Below, piece by piece: positions 13,801-30,199 of a stretch of DNA of 64,000 bases. The position numbers and the translations under genes were made by a program. Numbering within the stretch: the stretch's first letter is position 1; the number at the start of each line of letters is the position of its first letter. The stretch lies in the NCBI RefSeq assembly GCF_009914755.1, contig NC_060939.1; one strand, 5' to 3'. The notes below the pieces were generated by a model, which had not been told where the DNA came from, made no database searches, and saw only the letters and a list, made by a program, of their open reading frames with translations. Source of the stretch: the human T2T-CHM13v2.0 reference genome, Homo sapiens.

Positions 13801-16800
13801 GTTCTGTACGATTCCTACCGTTCGATTTCATTTTGTTCCAGTCCATTCTTTCGCGTCCATTCCATTCCATTTCACTCCATTCGATTCCATTCCACTCGAT
13901 TCCACTTCGTTCCATTTCATTGCATTCCATTCTATTCAACTCTATTGCCTTCCATTCCATTCCATTCGATTACATTCCATGCGATTCCATTCGAAATCGA
14001 ATCAATTACATTGCAATCCATTACTATTGAGTCCGTTTTATTCCAGTCCACTGCATTCTGGTCCATTCCATTTGATTCCATTCCATTCTATTCCATTCCA
14101 TACAGTTGCATTCCATTGGATTCCATGCTATATCTATAAATTCAATTCGAGACCATTGCTTTTGAGTCCATTCTATATGATTCCATTCCATTCAAGTCCA
14201 TTACATTTGGTTAAATTCCATTCCATTCGGTTCAATTCCATTCCATTCCATTCCCTTCCATTCCATTCCAGTTGATATCAATCCATTCGATTCCATTCCA
14301 TTCGAGCACATTCCATTCGAGTCCATTCCATTCGATGCCATTCCATTTGATTCTATTCCATTAGTCTCCATTCAATTCCATTAATCTCCATTCCATTCCA
14401 TTCTACTCCAACTGATTCCATTCCATTCTATTCCTTTCCATTCCATTTCATTCCATTCCATTCCATTCCATTCGTGTCCATTCCACTCCAGTCCATTCCA
14501 TTCGTATCCATTCCATTCCAGTCCATTCCATTTGTGTCCACTGCATTCCATTCCACTCCATTCCATATTATTCCATTACACTCCATTCCATTCTATTACT
14601 TTCATTTCCATTCAATTCCATTCCATTTGATTCCATTCCACTCGGTTTCATTCCATTTGAGTCCACTCCATTCCATTCCATTCCATTCAGTTCCATTCCA
14701 TTCTGTTCCATTCCATTCCGTTCCATTACATTCCATTCCATTCGGTACCATTCCATATTGTTCCATTCGATTCCATTCGAATCCATTCCATTCCAGTCCA
14801 TTCCATTCGATTCCATTCCATTCCTTTCAATTCCATTCCATTCCATTCCATTACATTCCACTTGATTCCTCTCCATTCCCTTCCACTGCATTCCGTTCGA
14901 TTCCATTCCATTGCATTGCATTCCATTCCATTGGATTGCATTCCATTCGATTCCATTCCATTCGAATCAATTACATAGCAATCCATTACATTCGAGTCTA
15001 TTCTCTTCCGTTCCATTCGATTTCGTTCCAATCCATTCGATTCCATTCCATTCGATTCCATTCCATACTATTGCATTCCATTCGATTACATTATATTCGA
15101 ATAAGTTCCATTCAAGACCATTTCTTTTGAGTCCATTCTATTTGAGTCCATTCCCTTTGATTCCATAACATTTGAGTCCATTCAATTCCATTCCTTTCGT
15201 TTCCATTCCATTTGATGCCATTCCATTCAATTCTGTTCTACTCGACTCCAATACATTCAATTCCATTCCTTCCGATTCCATTACATTCTTTTCATTTCTT
15301 ATCCATTTCAAGCCATTCCACTCCATTCCATTCCACTCGTTTCCTTTCCATTCGAGTCCATTCCTCTCCAGTCCATTCCGTTCAATCCATTCCATTCCAG
15401 TCCATTCCATTCGAGTCCGTTCCATTCCAGTCCATTCCATTCGAGTCAATTCCATCCCATTCGATGTCTTTCCATAACGATCCATTCCATTCTATTCCTT
15501 TCGATTCCATTCCATTCTATTTCATTCCATTCGATTCCCTTCCATTGGACTCCTTTCCATTGGAGTGCATTCCATTCCGTTCCATTTCTTTCCGTTCTGT
15601 ACGATTCCTACCGTTCGATTTCATTTTGTTCCAGTCCATTCTTTCGCGTCCATTCCATTCCATTTCACTCCATTCGATTCCATTCCACTCGATTCCACTT
15701 CGTTCCATTTCATTGCATTCCATTCTATTCAACTCTATTGCCTTCCATTCCATTCCATTCGATTACATTCCATGCGATTCCATTCGAAATCGAATCAATT
15801 ACATTGCAATCCATTACTATTGAGTCCGTTTTATTCCAGTCCACTGCATTCTGGTCCATTCCATTTGATTCCATTCCATTCTATTCCATTCCATACAGTT
15901 GCATTCCATTGGATTCCATGCTATATCTATAAATTCAATTCGAGACCATTGCTTTTGAGTCCATTCTATATGATTCCATTCCATTCAAGTCCATTACATT
16001 TGGTTAAATTCCATTCCATTCGGTTCAATTCCATTCCATTCCATTCCCTTCCATTCCATTCCAGTTGATATCAATCCATTCGATTCCATTCCATTCGAGC
16101 ACATTCCATTCGAGTCCATTCCATTCGATGCCATTCCATTTGATTCTATTCCATTAGTCTCCATTCAATTCCATTAATCTCCATTCCATTCCATTCTACT
16201 CCAACTGATTCCATTCCATTCTATTCCTTTCCATTCCATTTCATTCCATTCCATTCCATTCCATTCGTGTCCATTCCACTCCAGTCCATTCCATTCGTAT
16301 CCATTCCATTCCAGTCCATTCCATTTGTGTCCACTGCATTCCATTCCACTCCATTCCATATTATTCCATTACACTCCATTCCATTCTATTACTTTCATTT
16401 CCATTCAATTCCATTCCATTTGATTCCATTCCACTCGGTTTCATTCCATTTGAGTCCACTCCATTCCATTCCATTCCATTCAGTTCCATTCCATTCTGTT
16501 CCATTCCATTCCGTTCCATTACATTCCATTCCATTCGGTACCATTCCATATTGTTCCATTCGATTCCATTCGAATCCATTCCATTCCAGTCCATTCCATT
16601 CGATTCCATTCCATTCCTTTCAATTCCATTCCATTCCATTCCATTACATTCCACTTGATTCCTCTCCATTCCCTTCCACTGCATTCCGTTCGATTCCATT
16701 CCATTGCATTGCATTCCATTCCATTGGATTGCATTCCATTCGATTCCATTCCATTCGAATCAATTACATAGCAATCCATTACATTCGAGTCTATTCTCTT

Positions 16801-19800
16801 CCGTTCCATTCGATTTCGTTCCAATCCATTCGATTCCATTCCATTCGATTCCATTCCATACTATTGCATTCCATTCGATTACATTATATTCGAATAAGTT
16901 CCATTCAAGACCATTTCTTTTGAGTCCATTCTATTTGAGTCCATTCCCTTTGATTCCATAACATTTGAGTCCATTCAATTCCATTCCTTTCGTTTCCATT
17001 CCATTTGATGCCATTCCATTCAATTCTGTTCTACTCGACTCCAATACATTCAATTCCATTCCATCCGATTCCATTACATTCTTTTCATTTCTTATCCATT
17101 TCAAGCCATTCCACTCCATTCCATTCCACTCGTTTCCTTTCCATTCGAGTCCATTCCTCTCCAGTCCATTCCGTTCAATCCATTCCATTCCAGTCCATTC
17201 CATTCGAGTCCGTTCCATTCCAGTCCATTCCATTCGAGTCAATTCCATCCCATTCGATGTCTTTCCATAACGATCCATTCCATTCTATTCCTTTCGATTC
17301 CATTCCATTCTATTTCATTCCATTCGATTCCCTTCCATTGGACTCCTTTCCATTGGAGTGCATTCCATTCCGTTCCATTTCTTTCCGTTCTGTACGATTC
17401 CTACCGTTCGATTTCATTTTGTTCCAGTCCATTCTTTCGCGTCCATTCCATTCCATTTCACTCCATTCGATTCCATTCCACTCGATTCCACTTCGTTCCA
17501 TTTCATTGCATTCCATTCTATTCAACTCTATTGCCTTCCATTCCATTCCATTCGATTACATTCCATGCGATTCCATTCGAAATCGAATCAATTACATTGC
17601 AATCCATTACTATTGAGTCCGTTTTATTCCAGTCCACTGCATTCTGGTCCATTCCATTTGATTCCATTCCATTCTATTCCATTCCATACAGTTGCATTCC
17701 ATTGGATTCCATGCTATATCTATAAATTCAATTCGAGACCATTGCTTTTGAGTCCATTCTATATGATTCCATTCCATTCAAGTCCATTACATTTGGTTAA
17801 ATTCCATTCCATTCGGTTCAATTCCATTCCATTCCATTCCCTTCCATTCCATTCCAGTTGATATCAATCCATTCGATTCCATTCCATTCGAGCACATTCC
17901 ATTCGAGTCCATTCCATTCGATGCCATTCCATTTGATTCTATTCCATTAGTCTCCATTCAATTCCATTAATCTCCATTCCATTCCATTCTACTCCAACTG
18001 ATTCCATTCCATTCTATTCCTTTCCATTCCATTTCATTCCATTCCATTCCATTCCATTCGTGTCCATTCCACTCCAGTCCATTCCATTCGTATCCATTCC
18101 ATTCCAGTCCATTCCATTTGTGTCCACTGCATTCCATTCCACTCCATTCCATATTATTCCATTACACTCCATTCCATTCTATTACTTTCATTTCCATTCA
18201 ATTCCATTCCATTTGATTCCATTCCACTCGGTTTCATTCCATTTGAGTCCACTCCATTCCATTCCATTCCATTCAGTTCCATTCCATTCTGTTCCATTCC
18301 ATTCCGTTCCATTACATTCCATTCCATTCGGTACCATTCCATATTGTTCCATTCGATTCCATTCGAATCCATTCCATTCCAGTCCATTCCATTCGATTCC
18401 ATTCCATTCCTTTCAATTCCATTCCATTTCATTCCATTACATTCCACTTGATTCCTCTCCATTCCCTTCCACTGCATTCCGTTCGATTCCATTCCATTGC
18501 ATTGCATTCCATTCCATTGGATTGCATTCCATTCGATTCCATTCCATTCGAATCAATTACATAGCAATCCATTACATTCGAGTCTATTCTCTTCCGTTCC
18601 ATTCGATTTCGTTCCAATCCATTCGATTCCATTCCATTCGATTCCATTCCATAGTATTGCATTCCATTCGATTACATTATATTCGAATAAGTTCCATTCA
18701 AGACCATTTCTTTTGAGTCCATTCTATTTGAGTCCATTCCCTTTGATTCCATAACATTTGAGTCCATTCAATTCCATTCCTTTCGTTTCCATTCCATTTG
18801 ATGCCATTCCATTCAATTCTGTTCTACTCGACTCCAATACATTCAATTCCATTCCATCCGATTCCATTACATTCTTTTCATTTCTTATCCATTTCAAGCC
18901 ATTCCACTCCATTCCATTCCACTCGTTTCCTTTCCATTCGAGTCCATTCCTCTCCAGTCCATTCCGTTCAATCCATTCCATTCCAGTCCATTCCATTCGA
19001 GTCCGTTCCATTCCAGTCCATTCCATTCGAGTCAATTCCATTCCATTCGATGTCTTTCCATAACGATCCATTCCATTCTATTCCTTTCGATTCCATTCCA
19101 TTCTATTTCATTCCATTCGATTCCCTTCCATTGGACTCCTTTCCATTCGAGTGCATTCCATTCCGTTCCATTTCTTTCCGTTCTGTACGATTCCTACCGT
19201 TCGATTTCATTTTGTTCCAGTCCATTCCTTTCGCGTCCATTCCATTCCATTTCACTCCATTCGATTCCATTCCACTCGATTCCACTTCGTTCCATTTCAT
19301 TGCATTCCATTCTATTCAACTCTATTGCCTTCCATTCCATTCCATTCGATTACATTCCATGCGATTCCATTCGAAATCGAATCAATTACATTGCAAACCA
19401 TTACTATTGAGTCCGTTTTATTCCAGTCCACTGCATTCTTGTCCATTCCATTTGATTCCATTCCATTCTATTCCATTCCATACAGTTGCATTCCATTGGA
19501 TTCCATGCTATATCTATAAATTCAATTCGAGACCATTGCTTTTGAGTCCATTCTATATGATTCCATTCCATTCAAGTCCATTACATTTGGTTCAATTCCA
19601 TTCCATTCCATTCCCTTTCATTCCATTCCATTTGATATCAATCCATTCGATTCCATTCCATTCGAGCACATTCCATTCGAGTCCATTCCATTCGATGCCA
19701 TTCCATTTGATTCTATTCCATTAGTCTCCATTCAATTCCATTAATCTCCATTCCATTCCATTCTACTCCAACTGATTCCATTCCATTCTATTCCTTTCCA

Positions 19801-21189
19801 TTCCATTTCATTCCATTCCATTCCATTTCATTCCGTTCCATTCCACTCGTGTCCATTCCACTCCAGTCCATTCCATTCGTGTCCATTCCATTCCAGTCCA
19901 TTCCATTTGTGTCCACTGCATTCCATTCCACTCCATTCCATATTATTCCATTACACTCCATTCCATTCTATTACTTTAATTTCCATTCAATTCCATTCCA
20001 TTTGATTCCATTCCACTCGGTTTCATTCCATTTGAGTCCACTCCATTCCATTCCATTCCATTCCATTCAGTTCCATTCCATTCCGTTCCATTACATTCCA
20101 TTCCATTCGGTACCATTCCATATTGTTCCATTCGATTCCATTCGAATCCATTCCATTCCAGTCCATTCCATTCGATTCCATTCCATTCATTTCAATTCCA
20201 TTCCATTCCATTCCATTCCATTCCACTTGATTCCTTTCCATTCCCTTCCACTGCATTCCGTTCGATTCCATTCCATTGCATTGCATTCCATTCCTTTGGA
20301 TTGCATTCCATTCGATTCCATTCCATTCGAATCAATTACATAGCAATCCATTACATTCGAGTCTATTCTATTCCGTTCCATTCGATTTCGTTCCAATCCA
20401 TTCGATTCCATTCCATTCGATTCCATTCCATACTATTGCATTCCATTCGATTACATTATATTCGAATAAGTTCCATTCAAGACCATTTCTTTTGAGTCCA
20501 TTCTATTTGAGTCCATTCCCTTTGATTCCATAACATTTGAGTCCATTCAATTCCATTCCTTTCGTTTCCATTGCATTTGATGCCATTCCATTCAATTCTG
20601 TTCTACTCGACTCCAATACATTCAATTCCATTCCATCCGATTCCATTACATTCTTTTCATTTCTTATCCATTTCAAGCCATTCCACTCCATTCCATTCCA
20701 CTCGTTTCCTTTCCATTCGAGTCCATTCCTCTCCAGTCCATTCCGTTCAATCCATTCCATTCCAGTCCATTCCATTCGAGTCCGTTCCATTCCAGTCCAT
20801 TCCATTCGAGTCAATTCCATCCCATTCGATGTCTTTCCATAACGATCTATTCCATTCTATTCCTTTCGATTCCATTCCATTCTATTTCATTCCATTCGAT
20901 TCCCTTCCATTGGACTCCTTTCCATTCGAGTGCATTCCATTCCGTTCCATTTCTTTCCGTTCTGTACGATTCCTACCGTTCGATTTCATTTTGTTCCAGT
21001 CCATTCCTTTCGCGTCCATTCCATTCCATTTCACTCCATTCGATTCCATTCCACTCGATTCCACTTCGTTCCATTTCATTGCATTCCATTCTATTCAACT
21101 CTATTGCCTTCCATTCCATTCCATTCGATTACATTCCATGCGATTCCATTCGAAATCGAATCAATTACATTGCAATCCATTACTATTGA

Positions 21190-22780
21190 GTCCATTTTAT
21201 TCCAGTCCACTGCATTCTGGTCCATTCCATTTGATTCCATTCCATTCTATTCCATTCCATACAGTTGCATTCCATTGAACTCCATTGTATATCTATAAAT
21301 TCAATTCGAGACCATTGCTTTTGAGTCCATTCTATATGATTCCATTCCATTCAAGTCCATTACATTTGGTTCAATTCCATTCCATTCCATTCCCTTCCAT
21401 TCCATTCCAGTTGATATCAATCCATTCGATTCCATTCCATTCGAGCACATTCCATTCGAGTCCATTCCATTCGATGCCATTCCATTTGATTCTATTCCAT
21501 TAGTCTCCATTCAATTCCATTAATCTCCATTCCATTCCATTCTACTCCAACTGATTCCATTCCATTCTATTCCTTTCCATTCCATTTCATTCCATTCCAT
21601 TCCATTTCATTCCATTCCATTCCATTCCATTCCATTCGCTTCCATTCCATTCGTGTCCATTGCATTCCAGTCCATTCCGTTTGTGTCCACTGCATTCCAT
21701 TCCACTCCATTCCATATTATTCCATTACACTCCATTCCATTCTATTACTTTCATTTCCATTGAATTCCATTCCATTTGATTCCATTCCACTCGGTTTCAT
21801 TCCATTTGAGTCCACTCCACTCCATTCCATTCCATTCCATTCCATTCAGTTCCATTCCATTCTGTTCCATTCCATTCCGTTCCATTGCATTCCATTCCAT
21901 TCGGTACCATTCCATATTGTTCCATTCGATTCCATTCGAATCCATTCCATTCCAGTCCATTCCATTCGATTCCATTCCATTCCTTTCAATTCCATTCCAT
22001 TCCATTCCATTCCACTTGATTCCACTCCATTCCCTTCCACTGCATTCCATTGCATTGCATTCCATTCCATTGGACTGCATTCCATTCGATTCCATTCCAT
22101 TCGAATCAATTACATAGCAATCCATTACATTCGAGTCTATTCTATTGCGTTCCATTCGATTTCGTTCCAATCCATTCGATTCCATTCCATTCGATTCCAT
22201 TCCATACTATTGCATTCCATTCTATTACATTATATTCGAAAAAGTTCCATTCAGGACCATTTCTTTTGAGTCCATTCTATTTGAGTCCATTCCCTTTGAT
22301 TCCATAACATTTGAGTCCATTCAATTCCATTCCTTTCGTTTCCATTCCATTTGATGCCATTCCATTCAATTCTGTTCTACTCGACTCCAATACATTCAAT
22401 TCCATTCCATCCGATTCCATTACATTCTTTTCATTTCTTATCCATTTCAAGCCATTCCACTCCATTCCATTCCACTCGTTTCCTTTCCATTCGAGTCCAT
22501 TCCTCTCCAGTCCATTCCGTTCAGTCCATTCCATTCCAGTCCATTCCATTCGAGTCTGTTCCATTCCAGTCCATTCCATTCGAGTCAATTCCATCCCATT
22601 CGATGTCTTTCCATAACGATCCATTCCATTCTATTCCTTTCGATTCCATTCCATTCTATTTCATTCCATTCGATTCCCTTCCATTGGACTCCTTTCCATT
22701 CGAGTGCATTCCATTCCGTTCCATTTCTTTCCGTTCTGTACGATTCCTACCGTTCGATTTCATTTTCTTCCAGTCCATTC
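21190..22780 (+). repeat. Divergent monomer segment, first copy (also at ~46330-47920)
   Basis: Diagnostic changes: CCATTGTATATC, absence of a 20-bp duplication, TCGCTTCC, TTGAATTCC (EcoRI at 21762), TGGACTGCAT, TTTTCTTCCAG. The anchor spacing across it is short (1,774 bp). Confidence 0.85.
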
Positions 22781-25700
22781 TTTCGCGTCCATTCCATTCC
22801 ATTTCACTCCATTCGATTCCATTCCACTCGATTCCACTTCGTTCCATTTCATTGCATTCCATTCTATTCAACTCTATTGCCTTCCATTCCATTCCATTCG
22901 ATTACATTCCATGCGATTCCATTCGAAATCGAATCAATTACATTGCAATCCATTACTATTGAGTCCGTTTTATTCCAGTCCACTGCATTCTGGTCCATTC
23001 CATTTGATTCCATTCCATTCTATTCCATTCCATACAGTTGCATTCCATTGGATTCCATGCTATATCTATAAATTCAATTCGAGACCATTGCTTTTGAGTC
23101 CATTCTATATGATTCCATTCCATTCAAGTCCATTACATTTGGTTAAATTCCATTCCATTCGGTTCAATTCCATTCCATTCCATTCCCTTCCATTCCATTC
23201 CAGTTGATATCAATCCATTCGATTCCATTCCATTCGAGCACATTCCATTCGAGTCCATTCCATTCGATGCCATTCCATTTGATTCTATTCCATTAGTCTC
23301 CATTCAATTCCATTAATCTCCATTCCATTCCATTCTACTCCAACTGATTCCATTCCATTCTATTCCTTTCCATTCCATTTCATTCCATTCCATTCCATTC
23401 CATTCCATTCCATTCCATTCCATTCGTGTCCATTCCACTCCAGTCCATTCCATTCGTATCCATTCCATTCCAGTCCATTCCATTTGTGTCCACTGCATTC
23501 CATTCCACTCCATTCCATATTATTCCATTACACTCCATTCCATTCTATTACTTTCATTTCCATTCAATTCCATTCCATTTGATTCCATTCCACTCGGTTT
23601 CATTCCATTTGAGTCCACTCCATTCCATTCCATTCCATTCAGTTCCATTCCATTCTGTTCCATTCCATTCCGTTCCGTTACACTCCATTCCATTCGGTAC
23701 CATTCCATATTGTTCCATTCGATTCCATTCGAATCCATTCCATTCCAGTCCATTCCATTCGATTCCATTCCATTCATTTCAATTCCATTCCATTCCATTC
23801 CATTACATTCCACTTGATTCCTCTCCATTCACTTCCACTGCATTCCGTTCGATTCCATTCCATTGCATTGCATTCCATTCCATTGGATTGCATTCCATTC
23901 GATTCCATTCCATTCGAATCAATTACATAGCAATCCATTACATTCGAGTCTATTCTCTTCCGTTCCATTCGATTTCGTTCCAATCCATTCGATTCCATTC
24001 CATTCGATTCCATTCCATACTATTGCATTCCATTCTATTACATTATATTCGAATAAGTTCCATTCAAGACCATTTCTTTTGAGTCCATTCTATTTGAGTC
24101 CATTCCCTTTGATTCCATAACATTTGAGTCCATTCAATTCCATTCCTTTCGTTTCCATTCCATTTGATGCCATTCCATTCAATTCTGTTCTACTCGACTC
24201 CAATACATTCAATTCCATTCCATCCGATTCCATTACATTCTTTTCATTTCTTATCCATTTCAAGCAATTCCACTCCATTCCATTCCACTCGTTTCCTTTC
24301 CATTCGAGTCCATTCCTCTCCAGTCCATTCCGTTCAATCCATTCCATTCCAGTCCATTCCATTCGAGTCCGTTCCATTCCAGTCCATTCCATTCGAGTCA
24401 ATTCCATTCCATTCGATGTCTTTCCATAACGATCCATTTCATTCTATTCCTTTCGATTCCATTCCATTCTATTTCATTCCATTCGATTCCCTTCCATTGG
24501 ACTCCTTTCCATTCGAGTGCATTCCATTCCGTTCCATTTCTTTCCGTTCTGTACGATTCCTACCGTTCGATTTCATTTTGTTCCAGTCCATTCTTTCGCG
24601 TCCATTCCATTCCATTTCACTCCATTCGATTCCATTCCACTCAATTCCACTTCGTTCCATTTCATTGCATTCCATTCTATTCAACTCTATTGCCTTCCAT
24701 TCCATTCCATTCGATTACATTCCATGCGATTCCGTTCGAAATCGAATCAATTACATTGCAATCCATTACTATTGAGTCCATTTTATTCCAGTCCACTGCA
24801 TTCTTGTCCATTCCATTTGATTCCATTCCATTCTATTCCATTCCATACAGTTGCATTCCATTGGATTCCATGCTATATCTATAAATTCAATTCGAGACCA
24901 TTGCTTTTGAGTCCATTCTATATGATTCCATTCCATTCAAGTCCATTACATTTGGTTAAATTCCATTCCATTCGGTTCAATTCCATTCCATTCCATTCCC
25001 TTCCATTCCATTCCAGTTGATATCAATCCATTCGATTCCATTCCATTCGAGCACATTCCATTCGAGTCCATTCCATTCGATGCCATTCCATTTGATTCTA
25101 TTCCATTAGTCTCCATTCAATTCCATTAATCTCCATTCCATTCCATTCTACTCCAACTGATTCCATTCCATTCTATTCTTTTCCATTCCATTTCATTCCA
25201 TTCCATTCAATTCCATTCCATTCCATTCCATTCGTGTCCATTCCACTCCAGTCCATTCCATTGGTATCCATTCCATTCCAGTCCATTCCATTTGTGTCCA
25301 CTGCATTCCATTCCACTCCATTCCATATTATTCCATTACACTCCATTCCATTCTATTACTTTCATTTCCATTCAATTCCATTCCATTTGATTCCATTCCA
25401 CTCGGTTTCATTCCATTTGAGTCCACTCCATTCCATTCCATTCCATTCAGTTCCATTCCATTCTGTTCCATTCCATTCCGTTCCATTACATTCCATTCCA
25501 TTCGGTACCATTCCATATTGTTCCATTCGATTCCATTCGAATCCATTCCATTCCAGTCCATTCCATTCGATTCCATTCCATTCATTTCAATTCCATTCCA
25601 TTCCATTCCATTACATTCCACTTGATTCCTCTCCATTCCCTTCCACTGCATTCCGTTCGATTCCATTCCATTGCATTGCATTCCATTCCATTGGATTGCA

Positions 25701-28700
25701 TTCCATTCGATTCCATTCCATTCGAATCAATTACATAGCAATCCATTACATTCGAGTCTATTCTCTTCCGTTCCATTCGATTTCGTTCCAATCCATTCGA
25801 TTCCATTCCATTCGATTCCATTCCATACTATTGCATTCCATTCGATTACATTATATTCGAATACGTTCCATTCAAGACCATTTCTTTTGAGTCCATTCTA
25901 TTTGAGTCCATTCCCTTTGATTCCATAACATTTGAGTCCATTCAATTCCATTCCTTTCGTTTCCATTCCATTTGATGCCATTCCATTCAATTCTGTTCTA
26001 CTCGACTCCAATACATTCAATTCCATTCCATCCGATTCCATTACATTCTTTTCATTTCTTATCCATTTCAAGCCATTCCACTCCATTCCATTCCACTCGT
26101 TTCCTTTCCATTCGAGTCCATTCCTCTCCAGTCCATTCCGTTCAATCCATTCCATTCCAGTCCATTCCATTCGAGTCCGTTCCATTCCAGTCCATTCCAT
26201 TCGAGTCAATTCCATTCCATTCGATGTCTTTCCATAACGATCCATTCCATTCTATTCCTTTCGATTCCATTCCATTCTATTTCATTCCATTCGATTCCCT
26301 TCCATTGGACTCCTTTCCATTCGAGTGCATTCCATTCCGTTCCATTTCTTTCCGTTCTGTACGATTCCTACCGTTCGATTTCATTTTGTTCCAGTCCATT
26401 CTTTCGCGTCCATTCCATTCCATTTCACTCCATTCGATTCCATTCCACTCGATTCCACTTCGTTCCATTTCATTGCATTCCATTCTATTCAACTCTAATG
26501 CCTTCCATTCCATTCCATTCCATTACATTCCATGCGATTCCATTCGAAATCGAATCAATTACATTGCAATCCATTACTATTGAGTCCGTTTTATTCCAGT
26601 CCACTGCATTCTGGTCCATTCCATTTGATTCCATTCCATTCTATTCCATTCCATACAGTTGCATTCCATTGGATTCCATGCTATATCTATAAATTCAATT
26701 CGAGACCATTGCTTTTGAGTCCATTCTATATGATTCCATTCCATTCAAGTCCATTACATTTGGTTAAATTCCATTCCATTCGGTTCAATTCCATTCCATT
26801 CCATTCCCTTCCATTCCATTCCAGTTGATATCAATCCATTCGATTCCATTCCATTCGAGCACATTCCATTCGAGTCCATTCCATTCGATGCCATTCCATT
26901 TGATTCTATTCCATTAGTCTCCATTCAATTCCATTAATCTCCATTCCATTCCATTCTACTCCAACTGATTCCATTCCATTCTATTCCTTTTTATTCCATT
27001 TCATTCCATTCCATTCCATTCCATTCCATTCCATTCCATTCGTGTCCATTCCACTCCAGTCCATTCCATTCGTATCCATTCCATTCCAGTCCATTCCATT
27101 TGTGTCCACTGCATTCCATTCCACTCCATTCCATATTATTCCATTACACTCCATTCCATTCTATTACTTTCATTTCCATTCAATTCCATTCCATTTGATT
27201 CCATTCCACTCGGTTTCATTCCATTTGAGTCCACTCCATTCCATTCCATTCCATTCAGTTCCATTCCATTCTGTTCCATTCCATTCCGTTCCGTTACATT
27301 CCATTCCATTCGGTATCATTCCATATTGTTCCATTCGATTCCATTCGAATCCATTCCATTCCAGTCCATTCCATTCGATTCCATTCCATTCATTTCAATT
27401 CCATTCCATTCCATTCCATTACATTCCACTTGATTCCTCTCCATTCACTTCCACTGCATTCCGTTCGATTCCATTCCATTGCATTGCATTCCATTCCATT
27501 GGATTGCATTCCATTCGATTCCATTCCATTCGAATCAATTACATAGCAATCCATTACATTCGAGTCTATTCTCTTCCGTTCCATTCGATTTCGTTCCAAT
27601 CCATTCGATTCCATTCCATTCGATTCCATTCCATACTATTGCATTTCATTCGATTACATTATATTCGAATAAGTTCCATTCAAGACCATTTCTTTTGAGT
27701 CCATTCTATTTGAGTCCATTCCCTTTGAATCCATAACATTTGAGTCCATTCAATTCCATTCCTTTCGTTTTCATTCCATTTGATGCCATTCCATTCAATT
27801 CTGTTCTACTCGACTCCAATACATTCAATTCCATTCCATCCGATTCCATTACATTCTTTTCATTTCTTATCCATTTCAAGCCATTCCACTCCATTCCATT
27901 CCACTCGTTTCCTTTCCATTCGAGTCCATTCCTCTCCAGTCCATTCCGTTCAATCCATTCCATTCCAGTCCATTCCATTCGAGTCCGTTCCATTCCAGTC
28001 CATTCCATTCGAGTCAATTCCATTCCATTCGATGTCTTTCCATAACGATCCATTCCATTCTATTCCTTTCGATTCCATTCCATTCTATTTCATTCCATTC
28101 GATTCCCTTCCATTGGACTCCTTTCCATTCGAGTGCATTCCATTCCGTTCCATTTCTTTCCGTTCTTTACGATTCCTACCGTTCGATTTCATTTTGTTCC
28201 AGTCCATTCTTTCGCGTCCATTCCATTCCATTTCACTCCATTCGATTCCATTCCACTCGATTCCACTTCGTTCCATTTCATTGCATTCCATTCTATTCAA
28301 CTCTATTGCCTTCCATTCCATTCCATTCCATTACATTCCATGCGATTCCATTCGAAATCGAATCAATTACATTGCAATCCATTACTATTGAGTCCGTTTT
28401 ATTCCAGTCCACTGCATTCTGGTCCATTCCATTTGATTCCATTCCATTCTATTCCATTGCATACAGTTGCATTCCATTGGATTCCATGCTATATCTATAA
28501 ATTCAATTCGAGACCATTGCTTTTGAGTCCATTCTATATGATTCCATTCCATTCAAGTCCATTACATTTGGTTAAATTCCATTCCATTCGGTTCAATTCC
28601 ATTCCATTCCATTCCCTTCCATTCCATTCCAGTTGATATCAATCCATTCGATTCCATTCCATTCGAGCACATTCCATTCGAGTCCATTCCATTCGATGCC

Positions 28701-30199
28701 ATTCCATTTGATTCTATTCCATTAGTCTCCATTCAATTCCATTAATCTCCATTCCATTCCATTCTACTCCAACTGATTCCATTCCATTCTATTCTTTTCC
28801 ATTCCATTTCATTCCATTCCATTCCATTCCATTCCATTCCATTCCATTCGTGTCCATTCCACTCCAGTCCATTCCATTCGTATCCATTCCATTCCAGTCC
28901 ATTCCATTTGTGTCCACTGCATTCCATTCCACTCCATTCCATATTATTCCATTACACTCCATTCCATTCTATTACTTTCATTTCCATTCAATTCCATTCC
29001 ATTTGATTCCATTCCACTCGGTTTCATTCCATTTGAGTCCACTCCATTCCATTCCATTCCATTCAGTTCCATTCCATTCTGTTCCATTCCATTCCGTTCC
29101 ATTACATTCCATTCCATTCGGTATCATTCCATATTGTTCCATTCGATTCCATTCGAATCCATTCCATTCCAGTCCATTCCATTCGATTCCATTCCATTCA
29201 TTTCAATTCCATTCCATTCCATTCCATTACATTCCACTTGATTCCTCTCCATTCCCTTCCACTGCATTCCGTTCAATTCCATTCCATTGCATTGCATTCC
29301 ATTCCATTGGATTGCATTCCATTCGATTCCATTCCATTCGAATCAATTACATAGCAATCCATTACATTCGAGTCTATTCTCTTCCGTTCCATTCGATTTC
29401 GTTCCAATCCATTCGATTCCATTCCATTCGATTCCATTCCATACTATTGCATTCCATTCGATTACATTATATTCGAATACGTTCCATTCAAGACCATTTC
29501 TTTTGAGTCCATTCTATTTGAGTCCATTCCCTTTGATTCCATAACATTTGAGTCCATTCAATTCCATTCCTTTCGTTTCCATTCCATTTGATGCCATTCC
29601 ATTCAATTCTGTTCTACTCGACTCCAATACATTCAATTCCATTCCATCCGATTCCATTACATTCTTTTCATTTCTTATCCATTTCAAGCCATTCCACTCC
29701 ATTCCATTCCACTCGTTTCCTTTCCATTCGAGTCCATTCCTCTCCAGTCCATTCCGTTCAATCCATTCCATTCCAGTCCATTCCATTCGAGTCCGTTCCA
29801 TTCCAGTCCATTCCATTCGAGTCAATTCCATTCCATTCGATGTCTTTCCATAACGATCCATTCCATTCTATTCCTTTCGATTCCATTCCATTCTATTTCA
29901 TTCCATTCGATTCCCTTCCATTGGACTCCTTTCCATTCGAGTGCATTCCATTCCGTTCCATTTCTTTCCGTTCTGTACGATTCCTACCGTTCGATTTCAT
30001 TTTGTTCCAGTCCATTCTTTCGCGTCCATTCCATTCCATTTCACTCCATTCGATTCCATTCCACTCGATTCCACTTCGTTCCATTTCATTGCATTCCATT
30101 CTATTCAACTCTATTGCCTTCCATTCCATTCCATTCGATTACATTCCATGCGATTCCATTCGAAATCGAATCAATTACATTGCAATCCATTACTATTGA

